Positions 54,061-64,000 of a stretch of DNA of 64,000 nucleotides are shown one piece after another. Where the stretch lies: positions 11,059-75,058 of the forward strand of contig JAKQPD010000159.1 of assembly GCA_029564935.1 (NCBI GenBank), given 5' to 3'. This DNA is from Bacteroidota bacterium (GTDB lineage: Bacteria > Bacteroidota > Bacteroidia > Bacteroidales > VadinHA17). The notes beneath the pieces were generated by a model that had not been told where the DNA came from, searched no databases, and saw only the letters and a program-made list of their open reading frames with translations. How positions within the stretch are numbered: position 1 is the first letter of the stretch; every line of letters starts with the position of its first letter. A program made the translations under genes and the position numbers.

Positions 54061-54903
54061 TCAAAGCGCTTCAAGGCTCATATCCAAACTTCTTATATGG
54101 TGTGTGAGGGCTCCGACAGAAATGAAATCAACACCACATTCCGCATATGACCGTACAGTTTCCAGGGTTATACCTCCCGAAGATTCGGTTTCGTATCTTC
54201 CTGCGATCATTCTGACAGCGGCAGAGGTATCCGATACTTTAAAATTATCGAGCATTATCCTGTGAACTCCTCCGGTAGCTAAGATCCTCTTCACATCGTC
54301 AAGGCTTCTTGCCTCAATCTCAATTTTAAGATCCCTTCCGGTTTTTTTTAGATATTCAAGGGTTTTCTTAATGGCTTTCTCTATACCTCCGGCATAAATT
54401 ATATGATTGTCCTTAAGCATTATCATATCGAATAAGCCCATCCTGTGGTTCATTCCTCCTCCGATCCTGACCGCCTCTTTTTCAAGGAATCTTAATCCGG
54501 GAGTAGTTTTCCGTGTATCAAGTATCCTGGCTTTTGTTCCGGCAACAAGGCTTACATAGCGGTTTGTACTTGTTGCAATGCTGCTCATTCTCTGCATTAT
54601 ATTAAGCACAAGACGTTCCGATTTAAGTATTGACTGTTGGCTGCCGGTTAAGCGGAAGGCAATATCGCCCCGGTGTATTTCTTCCCCGTCATTGATCCGG
54701 ATCTCGCATTTCAGATCTTTGTCAATTACATTAAAGACCTCTGATGCAACCCTTACGCCGGCCAGAATACCATCATCCTTAATAAGCAGTTTTGCTTTTC
54801 CGTTTGTCCCGGGAGGGATACATGCGAGCGAAGAATGATCGCCGTCACCCAGATCTTCTTCAATGCTTTTGCGGATGAATTCCTTCAGTAAGTCAGTTAC
54901 CAT
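54061..54903 (-). CDS. nadC: Quinolinate phosphoribosyltransferase
   Basis: LDTRKTTPG, NHRMGL, LKDNH, MLDNF, ESSGGI. Confidence 0.96.
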   Translation of the reverse strand: MVTDLLKEFIRKSIEEDLGDGDHSSLACIPPGTNGKAKLLIKDDGILAGVRVASEVFNVIDKDLKCEIRINDGEEIHRGDIAFRLTGSQQSILKSERLVLNIMQRMSSIATSTNRYVSLVAGTKARILDTRKTTPGLRFLEKEAVRIGGGMNHRMGLFDMIMLKDNHIIYAGGIEKAIKKTLEYLKKTGRDLKIEIEARSLDDVKRILATGGVHRIMLDNFKVSDTSAAVRMIAGRYETESSGGITLETVRSYAECGVDFISVGALTHHIRSLDMSLEAL

Positions 54904-55297
54904 CTTCTGATTCTATCCTTATTGTATGGATCAGAAGCTCCTGATCAACCTTTTTTAAAAGAAAATATACCCTGAAATCTCCTTTTTCGGTTTTAAGGTT
55001 GCCTATTGCATAGCGTGCTTCATTTTTTGCTCCCTGATGCCTGATAACAAAATCTTTGGTCTGATAGGTGTTGAAGAAATCCTTCAGAATGGCTTCGGCA
55101 ACGTTCTTTTTGTAAAAATCTTCCTTGTCGAGAAGGAGGAGTTCTACAGTTGAATTCATGTATTTAGCCATCTCAGCTGCATTTCCGGCTTTTATTGCTA
55201 CTGAAATACCCTGCGGAATCCTTTGCTGATCCTGTCCCTGGATATTATAGCATAACAAAGCCAGTAGAAGTATTAAAGCAAGGTTTTTAAGATCCAT
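54893..55297 (-). CDS. DUF4783-like secreted protein
   Basis: Signal peptide; AIKAGNA...AEAILKDFF...YAIGNL...FRVY; commonly upstream of nadC in Bacteroidota. Confidence 0.7.
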   Translation of the reverse strand: MDLKNLALILLLALLCYNIQGQDQQRIPQGISVAIKAGNAAEMAKYMNSTVELLLLDKEDFYKKNVAEAILKDFFNTYQTKDFVIRHQGAKNEARYAIGNLKTEKGDFRVYFLLKKVDQELLIHTIRIESEDGN

Positions 55298-55470
55298 TTG
55301 ATTCTGTTTTGCTGACTTCCAAATTCATTTCTCCACAAATTTAACTATTTTCATGTAATATAACCGGTTCTGCTTTATCAATATAATTATAATTGTCTGA
55401 GGACGTTTTTAATTATATTTTTGCAGGTTAGCATCGCAGCTATCTTCATGCAAAAGTCGGGCCAATATTT

Positions 55471-55944
55471 ATGAGAATAGTAATGTTACAAACCGGAAAG
55501 ACCAGCGAGGGTTATATAAACGAAGGAATTGATCTTTATTCCGCCCGGATAAATAGAAGTACGGCTTTTGAGATCATTACTTTGCCGGATGTAAAAAATG
55601 CCCGTAATATGCCGGAGCAGGAGCTTAAGGAGAAAGAAGGGAAGAAGATCCTCGAATCATTAAAGGAAGGAGACTATACTGTTCTTCTCGATGAAAAGGG
55701 GAAAGAATTCCGGACTGTTGAATTTGCGTCATGGCTTGCGAACCGCTTCATACAACCAGGGAAAAGATTAGTGTTTATTGTCGGCGGGGCATGGGGATTT
55801 CCGGATGAATTATATCAGAAAGCCGATATGAAGCTCTCTCTGTCAAAAATGACATTTCCGCACCAGCTGGTACGGCTGATTTTTATTGAACAGCTTTACA
55901 GGGCATTATCCATAATAAAGGGATCACCCTATCACCATGAATAA
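55471..55944 (+). CDS. rlmH: 23S rRNA pseudouridine-1915 methyltransferase
   Basis: LDEKG, FIVGGAWG, SKMTFPHQLVRL, EQLYRA, GSPYHHE. Confidence 0.96.
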   Translation: MRIVMLQTGKTSEGYINEGIDLYSARINRSTAFEIITLPDVKNARNMPEQELKEKEGKKILESLKEGDYTVLLDEKGKEFRTVEFASWLANRFIQPGKRLVFIVGGAWGFPDELYQKADMKLSLSKMTFPHQLVRLIFIEQLYRALSIIKGSPYHHE

Positions 55945-55959
55945 AGGGCATATTAAGTT

Positions 55960-58900
55960 ATGAAAGAAAAAAGGAGAAGGTTAATAATATTTATAATTGC
56001 TGTTGCCCTGGGATTGGCTGCCTTAGTGACCCAGTCGGTTTACCGGAGCGCTGTTGAAACAGGTTTCAGGACACGCAGGTTCACCAGGATCCTTCACGAG
56101 AAGGAAAGGATTATGGCTTCCTGTCTTAATGACCTGAAGCTCATTATGAGCAGGGGAGAACCTCACGGATCAGCTGGTGAAAATAAAATATTTACAACAG
56201 CATCCGAAAATGATATCACTATACTTCAGTATATCGACAGAAAGCTTATTCACTGGTCAGATAATAAGTTTGATGTACCCGTACTCCTGCAGGACGATTC
56301 TTTATTTGCCCGTCCGCTTATCTTCCTTCAGAACGGTTGGTTCATACCTCAGACAATTGTCTCGGGAAATGAAAGAATAATCGGATTACTCAGATTAAGA
56401 ACAGATTATGGTTTTGAAAATGATATTGTCAGGAATGGTTTCGGAAAAGATTACGGGCTGTCTCCCGATGTTCAGTTCAGTACCAGGTTATCGGATGATG
56501 GTAATAATGTATATAACAGCAAAGGGGACTTCCTTTTTTCACTGGTTTTCCCTGTATCCGAAAGTAATAACCATTATATATTAATTCCGCTCATTTTATG
56601 GGCAGCCTTTTTCCTGGTTATAATCCTTCTTGTAACAGAAGGTGTAAAAATGCTGGCTGCATCAGGAAAAAATTCTGCCGGCATTTTAACAGGATTCCTG
56701 ATCTTTTCTTTGATATATATGTTTATTCTTCTGGTCAGGCAGCCTTCTGTCATATCCGGCACTGAACTCTTTTCGCCTTATGTTTTCTCACTGAACAGTT
56801 TCATCCCTTCCCTGGGGCATTTTATGATACTAAGCATTCTTGCCGGTGTTTTTGCATATATATTTTATGTGTATTTCCCGTTAAGTGATACAAATTCCGG
56901 AGAAGAATTTACCTCATCAATAATCTTTACTTCATTGTTCATTGCAGGGGCGTTCATTATCTGTATGTTCCATATAATCTTCGGGAAGCTTGTTTCCAAT
57001 TCCAACATAAATTTTGAAACCTACAAGGTGCTGGATCTGAGCTTATACAGTGCCGCAGGTTATACTTCCGTAATCTTTTTCCTGCTTCTGCCTGCATTGT
57101 TTGTAGCTAAAGCATTCCGGATCGCCGGCCGGGTAACTATTCGAAGGATCATAATCCCGGTAATTGTATCGCTCGGACTTATTGCTGCTATACTTTACCG
57201 TGAACCACTCACAATGGCGGCTCTGATATTCCTCTGGGCAGGCATGATCTTCATTGGATGGTTCTCAGTTGCCAGGAAACCGGGGAAACTGAGCCTTTCG
57301 GTTCTGGCGTCCCTGATACTGGGTATATATGCATTGGTCATGATTACAGTATATTCTGAAAAAAAGACTAATGAGAACCTTAAAATACAGGCTTTGTCGT
57401 TTTCAACCGAGAATGATCCTGAAGCAGAACATCTTCTTCTTGATATGTGGCCCGTTCTCAGATCAGATACCCTTCTGGCATCAATGATGGATGTTGAACT
57501 GTTCGAACGCTCCGACTTCAATGAGATATCAGCATATCTCAATACAACATACTTCACCGGTTACTGGGGTAACTTCAATATAAATTTCTATCTGTGCCGG
57601 CAGGGGCAGTTACTTAAAGTAGGACCTGGAGACGATGATTTCAGGGACTGCTATACTTTCTTTGGAGAGAGAATTGATAAGTACGGTCAGCTGCTTACAG
57701 GAACCGATTTCTATTTTATTGACAACCAGGGAGCAAGACCTTATTATATAGGCAGGCTCTTTTTTAATACCTCCCATAATAACACTAACGGACTTTTTAT
57801 AGAACTGTATGGTGATATTAACGTATTTCAGCCGGGTTATTCGGAATTATTGCTCGATAAAAGATTCCACGGATATGCCGATATGAAATATTATTCTTTC
57901 GCAAAATATATTAACGGGTCCGTTGTTCTCAATTACGGTGAATTCCCATATAACAAGGCTGATGACGAGTATGTTGATGAAAATACAGATTACAGGATAT
58001 TTGTTGATGAAAAATTCAGGCATATACTTTACAGGAACGGCAATGCAACAGTAATAATCAGCCGTCCGGTATTGAATGCAGGCAATCTTATAATATCCTT
58101 CGCTTATCTTTTTGCCTTTACATTCCTGTTCATAAACCTTCTTCTTATATTATTTTTTCAACCTTCACTTAAAGGGATACTTGACCTTAATTTCAGGCAG
58201 AAGCTGCAGCTGTCGTTTGCTGCTATCCTCCTTTTTTCGTTCATTCTTGTTGGAAGTGTGGTTTCTTCACTGACAGTCAGGGAATTTCAATCTAACCATT
58301 ATCAGAATATAAAGGAAAAGCTGAGTTCGATCTATATAGAATTGGAAAGTGAAATTTCGAACGAAAGACATCTCACCCCGAACTGGAGGAACAGCAATTA
58401 TGCATCTCTGAATGAGCTTCTGATTAATCTGTCAAATATATTCAATACCGATATTAATTTGTATGATATCAACGGATTTCTGATGGCTACCTCACGCCCT
58501 GAATTGTTCTTCCGCGATCTGGCAAGCCACAGGATGGATATGATGGCTTTCATGAATGTTGCCGATCTTACAAAAAGCCAGTATATCCAGACAGAAAGTG
58601 TGGGGAACATGAAATATATCTCAGCCTATGTGCCTTTTTACAATACAGAGCGACATGTCCTTGCATATCTGAACCTTCCGTATTTCAGAATGCAGAGCCT
58701 TCTGACCAGGGAGATATCAAATCTGATCGTGGCAATAATAAACTTCACGCTGCTGATAATTGTTATAACCATGGCATTCGGGGTTTTCATCAGCGGAAGG
58801 TTAACCTCTCCTTTGTCTATGCTTAGTGAGGGCATGGCATCAGTAAAACTCGGGAAGAAGAGCGAACATCTGACATATAAGAGCAGTGATGAGATCGGGG

Positions 58901-59682
58901 AGTTGGTGAATCAATATAATATAATGGTAGATGAACTGGAGGAAAGTGCACAGAAGCTTGCCAATTCTGAAAGGGAATATGCATGGAGGGAGATGGCCAA
59001 GCAGATTGCCCATGAGATCAAAAATCCGCTTACTCCAATGAAGCTGAATGTTCAGCAGTTGCTCAAATCGTGGAAAGATAATATATCCGGTTTCGGCGAA
59101 AAGATCGAAAGTTTTGCTAAAAATCAGATAGAATATATTGACAATCTCTCTAATATAGCTTCCGCGTTCTCATCATTTGCTAAAATGCCGGGAACAAATC
59201 CACTCGAAGTCGATCTTCTTGAGCAGATAAAGACCACACTTGAACTTTTCAGGAATGCGGATAATATAACCTTTGAGGTCAGCTGGCCGGCTGAAAGGAA
59301 TGTTTTTATTTATGCTGACAAGGAACACCTGAACGGGATCTTTTCCAATCTGCTTAAAAACAGCATTCAGGCTATTCCTCCCGAAAGAAAGGGACTGATC
59401 CGGGTTGGCCTGAGGGTAGACAGGGACCATGTTACTGTGTCGGTTTCAGATAACGGGACAGGTATCCCGGAAGCCCTTAAAAAGAGAATGTTCACTCCTA
59501 ATTTTACTACAAAATCCTCCGGAACCGGGCTTGGCTTATCTATTGTCAGAAAATATGTGGAAGGCGCCGGTGGCAGGGTATGGTTCGAATCCGAGCCTGA
59601 CAGGGGTACTTCCTTCTTTGTGGAATTCCCTTTGATATATACTGTTGAAAACCCGGGAGAACCTTTTTCAGACCAACCTTGA
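55960..59682 (+). CDS. Large multi-TM sensor histidine kinase (HAMP-HisKA-HATPase, NtrY-like transmitter)
   Basis: DEIGELVNQYN, AWREMAKQIAHEIKNPLTP, NLLKNSIQA, DNGTG, FTTKSSGTGLGL. Confidence 0.9.
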   Translation: MKEKRRRLIIFIIAVALGLAALVTQSVYRSAVETGFRTRRFTRILHEKERIMASCLNDLKLIMSRGEPHGSAGENKIFTTASENDITILQYIDRKLIHWSDNKFDVPVLLQDDSLFARPLIFLQNGWFIPQTIVSGNERIIGLLRLRTDYGFENDIVRNGFGKDYGLSPDVQFSTRLSDDGNNVYNSKGDFLFSLVFPVSESNNHYILIPLILWAAFFLVIILLVTEGVKMLAASGKNSAGILTGFLIFSLIYMFILLVRQPSVISGTELFSPYVFSLNSFIPSLGHFMILSILAGVFAYIFYVYFPLSDTNSGEEFTSSIIFTSLFIAGAFIICMFHIIFGKLVSNSNINFETYKVLDLSLYSAAGYTSVIFFLLLPALFVAKAFRIAGRVTIRRIIIPVIVSLGLIAAILYREPLTMAALIFLWAGMIFIGWFSVARKPGKLSLSVLASLILGIYALVMITVYSEKKTNENLKIQALSFSTENDPEAEHLLLDMWPVLRSDTLLASMMDVELFERSDFNEISAYLNTTYFTGYWGNFNINFYLCRQGQLLKVGPGDDDFRDCYTFFGERIDKYGQLLTGTDFYFIDNQGARPYYIGRLFFNTSHNNTNGLFIELYGDINVFQPGYSELLLDKRFHGYADMKYYSFAKYINGSVVLNYGEFPYNKADDEYVDENTDYRIFVDEKFRHILYRNGNATVIISRPVLNAGNLIISFAYLFAFTFLFINLLLILFFQPSLKGILDLNFRQKLQLSFAAILLFSFILVGSVVSSLTVREFQSNHYQNIKEKLSSIYIELESEISNERHLTPNWRNSNYASLNELLINLSNIFNTDINLYDINGFLMATSRPELFFRDLASHRMDMMAFMNVADLTKSQYIQTESVGNMKYISAYVPFYNTERHVLAYLNLPYFRMQSLLTREISNLIVAIINFTLLIIVITMAFGVFISGRLTSPLSMLSEGMASVKLGKKSEHLTYKSSDEIGELVNQYNIMVDELEESAQKLANSEREYAWREMAKQIAHEIKNPLTPMKLNVQQLLKSWKDNISGFGEKIESFAKNQIEYIDNLSNIASAFSSFAKMPGTNPLEVDLLEQIKTTLELFRNADNITFEVSWPAERNVFIYADKEHLNGIFSNLLKNSIQAIPPERKGLIRVGLRVDRDHVTVSVSDNGTGIPEALKKRMFTPNFTTKSSGTGLGLSIVRKYVEGAGGRVWFESEPDRGTSFFVEFPLIYTVENPGEPFSDQP

Positions 59683-59727
59683 ATAATCGGATTATTTGAT
59701 TATATTAGCGGTTGATAAAAGGACTTG

Positions 59728-62700
59728 ATGACGGGAAAGTTGTCAAAGGATATTAAATATCTAATAATTAGTATTTTACTTATTTCTGCATTTGCCGGGT
59801 CTTTATTTTCGCAAACGAAAATCGGCGGTATAATAAATAAGTATGGCAGGGTAACCTCATTGGGTACTGATTTTGTAATAGTATCCGATGAGGCTCAGTT
59901 TGATCAGTTCAGTCAGGGTGATACTGTACTGCTGATGCAGATGAAAGGAGCAAGGATCTATGGTTACGAAGATCTGACTTACGGAACAGCTTATACATCT
60001 TATGGCCGGCCAGGCAGACATGAATTTCTTACAATTCTTTCGGTTGACGATGCCCTGAATAAAATTGTATTCAGGAATGAAATTGATAACTCTGATTTTG
60101 ATATTGAGAGCGGACTTCAGATAATAAGAGTTCCGTCATATAACTCAGCTGTTGTGAATTCTGTGCTTACGTGTCAGCCTTGGGACAGTGTAACAAAGAC
60201 CGGTGGTGTGCTGGTACTGATAACTGGAAGAACCCTTTCGCTGAATGCAAATATAGATGTATCGGGCAGGGGTTTTAAAGGAGGTGCTGTGACTCTGGGG
60301 AAAGGCATCTGCATAAGTACCAATGCTGCCAAGCTTGATAAATTTACTTATTCAGCCTTATCTGACAGTTCAGGATTCAAGGGAGAAGGGCTTACGGTAA
60401 GAGTTAGTAAGGGATTACCTCCCTATCTTTCGGTTTACCCCTTGTTTGCCAAAGGAAAAGGCGCCAACTTCACGGGTGGTGGAGGTGGTAACGGAAGATT
60501 CTCAGGAGGAGGTGGCGGATCAAATTATGGAGCCGGAGGACTTGGCGGGTGGGAATCATCAGCATGTTTGCCACCCAATACCGGCGGGGAAGGTGGCAAG
60601 GATGTAGTAAGCACCGGACTTAATGGCGGTTTGTTTCCTGGCGGCGGTGGCGGATCATCGACTTATCTCGCAGGTGGAACCCCGTCACCCGGAGGCAATG
60701 GCGGAGGAATAGTGATACTTCTCTGCGACACTCTCAAAGGTAATAATTACAGCATCCTTGCTGATGGAATGCATCCGGGTACAGCGACAGGTGAAGCCGG
60801 TTCCGGAGGAGGAGGAGGGGGAGGAAGTATAGCATTGTACCTTCAGAATTATTCTCCTGTTCCTGCAGAATCAGCACTTACAATTGCAGCCAGGGGCGGA
60901 CAGGGAGGTAACAATCTTCAGAATTCGGGCAATGGTGGAGGTGGCGGAGGAGGACTGGTAGTCACAAACAGTATCATACCACCTGCAAATGTGATCAGAT
61001 CAGTCACCGGCGGTGCAATCGGAACAAGGCAGATAGGTACAGGTAGTGCCACAACCGGAATGAACGGTGTTTCCCAGACTGACTTTGTACCATTGCTTAA
61101 CGGATTCCTGTTTAATTCTATCAGATCGTCAGTAACAGGAACCCAGATCGATTCAATCTGTTCAAATGACATTCCCAAACCTGTAACAGGAACATCCCCT
61201 GTGGGAGGATCCGGTTCATATCAGTACATCTGGCAGAAGAGTTATAATCTTTCAAGTCTTCCGGTTGTTATAGGCACTGCAGTTACAAAGGATTATACAC
61301 CCTCGGCAATGGAAACCGATACATTCTGGGTAAGAAGAATAATCAAGGACCTGGGCACCAGCCTGACAGATACAAGCAAGTGGGTAAAGATAATTGTACA
61401 ACCGGCGATCACAGGCAATCTTGTAGGAAAGGATACTACAATATGCTACAATCAGAATCCTTTTCTTCTTGAACCACTGAATTCAGGACCATCAAACGGT
61501 AACGGAATTTATCAGTACCAGTGGAAACAGAATTATGACAATACCAGCTGGACAACTTCTCCCAATGCAACGGGATCAGTATCAGTTCAGGATTCGTTTG
61601 ATCCTCCTGCACTGGCTGCAACAACATATTTCAGGCGTGTAGTAACATCAGGCCGTTGTGTTGATACCGGACCGACGGTGACAGTAACAGTTTTACCGTC
61701 TATTACAGGGAATATAACTGCCCGGCCCGATTCAGTTATATGTGAGGGAATGCTTTTCAATACTCTGGGAGCAACGTCTGCAGCAGGCGGAACGGGAGCT
61801 TATCTGTACCAGTGGCAGGACAGTACTGAAACCACAGGTACCTGGCAGCCGGCTTCGGGAGTAAACAATACTGCGACACATTTACCTGATACTTCGAAGT
61901 TCTCACTTGATGAGAAGAGATATTTCAGAAGGGTCATTTTCTCAGGACCATACAATGTCTGTAAAAACACATCCTCTCCTATACAGCTTACGAGGTATTT
62001 TAAGATAGAGAACAATAACATATCATCAGATAATACTATTTGTGCGGGAACTGTTCCGGCAGTCATTACCGGCAGCGAACCCTTAAAAGGATCGGGAGTT
62101 TACACTTATATTTGGCAGGATAGTTCCCAGACTGCAACATGGACTACCCGATCATCCTCATTATCTCCTTATGCTCCTCCTGCACTCTCTGATTCGGTAT
62201 GGTACAGACGTATTGTGAATTCTTCAAAGTGCAGCGATACAAGCAAGCTGGTTGTAATTAATGTTCACGCTCCGGTAAGTAATAATACAATCGGTCTTAT
62301 ATCCGGACCTGCACCCGATACGACCCTTTGCAGCGGGTCGGTCCCGAATAAGATAATTGAGACTGTTAAACCTGTGGGGGGGACTAATATTCCCGGAGAT
62401 TATGCTTATCAATGGTTCTCCTCGGCTGACAATGTAAATTACACGCCGGTAACTGTTACCGGTACGCTGGCTGACTACCAGCCGGCTGCTGCTGTCGCCT
62501 CTCTGTATTACCGGAGGCGGGTTACTTCCGGTTTGTGTTCATCAGAAAGCAATTCAATCAGAATTAATGTTTTACCATCTATTTCAAATAATGTTATCAC
62601 CCCTGATAAACCGGCTGTTTGCTATAATTCTGTTCCCGGGCAGATTACCGGGACCCCTCTTTCCGGAGGTACCGGGTCTTCTCAGATCTGGTTATGGCAG

Positions 62701-63957
62701 GACAGTATTTCAGGTGCAACCTGGGCAGATATCTCCGGTAGCAACGTGCAGAATTACACTCCTTCAGCAGGACTGACAAAGAAGACATGGTACAGGAGAA
62801 TCATCAAATCGGGACCTAATGACTGCTGTATTGACACATCAGAAATTAAGATAATAGATATCAATCCGTTGCCGACAGGCACCATAGTATCGGTTGCTGA
62901 CACAACAATGTGCAGCGGTTCTTCATTAAGTATGAAGGTACATCTGACAGGCGCTCCCGGCTGGATTGTGACATTTAACGAAAATACGGTCAAGGTCCCC
63001 GTCACTGGTGTTACTTCGGCTGACCCCATTTTAAAACTGACACCTTCCGCAACAGGTCCTTCAACTGTAATCAATTATTCTCTTGCATCAGTCGAGGACC
63101 GGAACGGCTGTTCCGCAACATCCCTTACAGGTACACGTAAAGCTACCGTCTACAGGGTACCTGATGCAAATGCCGGTCCCGATGCGGAAGTATGCGGCCC
63201 TCAGGTCACACTGGCTGCAATTCCAAGTGATGGTACGGGTCTGTGGTCATTTCCACCTCAGGTTCTGGAATCTGTACCTGCAGCTTACAATACAAAAGTT
63301 AAAATTGATTCATCATTTAATTCAGCCGCTGTTACATATAAGTTTTACTGGGAGGAGAAAAACTGGTTGTGCTCCGATAAAGACTCGGTCACAATTACTT
63401 TCTTTAACCGGGTCGAAGCAATTGATGCAGGTCGCGACACTTCAATCATGTCATTCGATTATATAACGGGATTAAAAGGTTCATTGCCACTCCAGCATGA
63501 AACGGGAGAGTGGAGCATGGTATCAGGAGCCGGGGACTTCGATAATAAGAATTCAAATGAAACATTTGTCAGGAACATCGGCCTCGGATTGAATACTTAT
63601 AAGTGGACAATAACGAACGGGAAATGCATTCTGGATGACATTGTGAATATAAATGTATTATCACTTGTGATCCCCGGAGGGATTTCTCCAAATAGCGATA
63701 ATATTAATGATTCACTGATCATTAACGGACTTGACCTGACCAACCAGGTCGTTGAACTTAAAATTGTTAACGGTACAGGCACTCAGGTCTTTTCAACTTC
63801 AAACGGTAACGGAAACAGCTGGAAGAACTGGGATGGCAGGAATTCTTCGGGTGTTGAACTGCCTGAAGGAACATATTATTATCTTCTGAAAGTCACTTCA
63901 TCAAAGACCGGACTTGTTGTCCCGAAGAGCGGATTTATAATTCTGAGAAGAAAATGA
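59728..63957 (+). CDS. T9SS type-B CTD (gliding-motility-associated C-terminal domain) surface protein with a Gly-rich domain and Ig-like repeats
   Basis: Signal peptide; GGGGG tracts; six repeats of IC...YxW...RRxV/I; CTD IPGGISPNSDNIND...WDG...LPEGTYYY. Confidence 0.85.
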   Translation: MTGKLSKDIKYLIISILLISAFAGSLFSQTKIGGIINKYGRVTSLGTDFVIVSDEAQFDQFSQGDTVLLMQMKGARIYGYEDLTYGTAYTSYGRPGRHEFLTILSVDDALNKIVFRNEIDNSDFDIESGLQIIRVPSYNSAVVNSVLTCQPWDSVTKTGGVLVLITGRTLSLNANIDVSGRGFKGGAVTLGKGICISTNAAKLDKFTYSALSDSSGFKGEGLTVRVSKGLPPYLSVYPLFAKGKGANFTGGGGGNGRFSGGGGGSNYGAGGLGGWESSACLPPNTGGEGGKDVVSTGLNGGLFPGGGGGSSTYLAGGTPSPGGNGGGIVILLCDTLKGNNYSILADGMHPGTATGEAGSGGGGGGGSIALYLQNYSPVPAESALTIAARGGQGGNNLQNSGNGGGGGGGLVVTNSIIPPANVIRSVTGGAIGTRQIGTGSATTGMNGVSQTDFVPLLNGFLFNSIRSSVTGTQIDSICSNDIPKPVTGTSPVGGSGSYQYIWQKSYNLSSLPVVIGTAVTKDYTPSAMETDTFWVRRIIKDLGTSLTDTSKWVKIIVQPAITGNLVGKDTTICYNQNPFLLEPLNSGPSNGNGIYQYQWKQNYDNTSWTTSPNATGSVSVQDSFDPPALAATTYFRRVVTSGRCVDTGPTVTVTVLPSITGNITARPDSVICEGMLFNTLGATSAAGGTGAYLYQWQDSTETTGTWQPASGVNNTATHLPDTSKFSLDEKRYFRRVIFSGPYNVCKNTSSPIQLTRYFKIENNNISSDNTICAGTVPAVITGSEPLKGSGVYTYIWQDSSQTATWTTRSSSLSPYAPPALSDSVWYRRIVNSSKCSDTSKLVVINVHAPVSNNTIGLISGPAPDTTLCSGSVPNKIIETVKPVGGTNIPGDYAYQWFSSADNVNYTPVTVTGTLADYQPAAAVASLYYRRRVTSGLCSSESNSIRINVLPSISNNVITPDKPAVCYNSVPGQITGTPLSGGTGSSQIWLWQDSISGATWADISGSNVQNYTPSAGLTKKTWYRRIIKSGPNDCCIDTSEIKIIDINPLPTGTIVSVADTTMCSGSSLSMKVHLTGAPGWIVTFNENTVKVPVTGVTSADPILKLTPSATGPSTVINYSLASVEDRNGCSATSLTGTRKATVYRVPDANAGPDAEVCGPQVTLAAIPSDGTGLWSFPPQVLESVPAAYNTKVKIDSSFNSAAVTYKFYWEEKNWLCSDKDSVTITFFNRVEAIDAGRDTSIMSFDYITGLKGSLPLQHETGEWSMVSGAGDFDNKNSNETFVRNIGLGLNTYKWTITNGKCILDDIVNINVLSLVIPGGISPNSDNINDSLIINGLDLTNQVVELKIVNGTGTQVFSTSNGNGNSWKNWDGRNSSGVELPEGTYYYLLKVTSSKTGLVVPKSGFIILRRK

Positions 63958-64000
63958 ACAATGTAATCTGGTTAAACCGGCAGGATTAAGATGAGCAGAG

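Noticed and set aside
63954-64000. 11-codon ORF overlapping the T9SS gene stop, and ATG at 63991
   Set aside because: Too short or truncated by the window edge to call.

Overview
Bacteroidota (Bacteroidales/Marinilabiliales-like) chromosomal window, mostly core genes. These are ansA, tatD, two glutamate dehydrogenases flanking dprA, aspS, miaB, yebC, purF, glycine-lipid acyltransferases, a typical Bacteroidota dcw cluster (mraZ to ftsZ), porin/mltF/namZ, valS, nadC, rlmH, a large sensor kinase and a T9SS type-B-CTD surface protein. The first ~9 kb looks accessory: a hybrid kinase plus receiver, three SRPBCC genes, ZIP and CDF metal transporters and an apparently eroded multiheme cytochrome. 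That block ends in stacked tRNA scars: an intact tRNA-Ser(GGA), a structured element duplicating its 3' end at a 186-bp period, and an orphan 3' part of a CAT-anticodon tRNA with arm-like repeats. The most unusual signals are non-coding. Two perfect palindromes 42.6 kb apart each carry four TACGTA hexamers at exact 12-bp spacing. There is also a nested REP-like array, and several repeat-bounded intergenic cassettes, one still holding a DUF559-like nuclease remnant. No CRISPR array, integrase or intact transposase was seen. All family calls come from motif recognition by eye; no database search was run.
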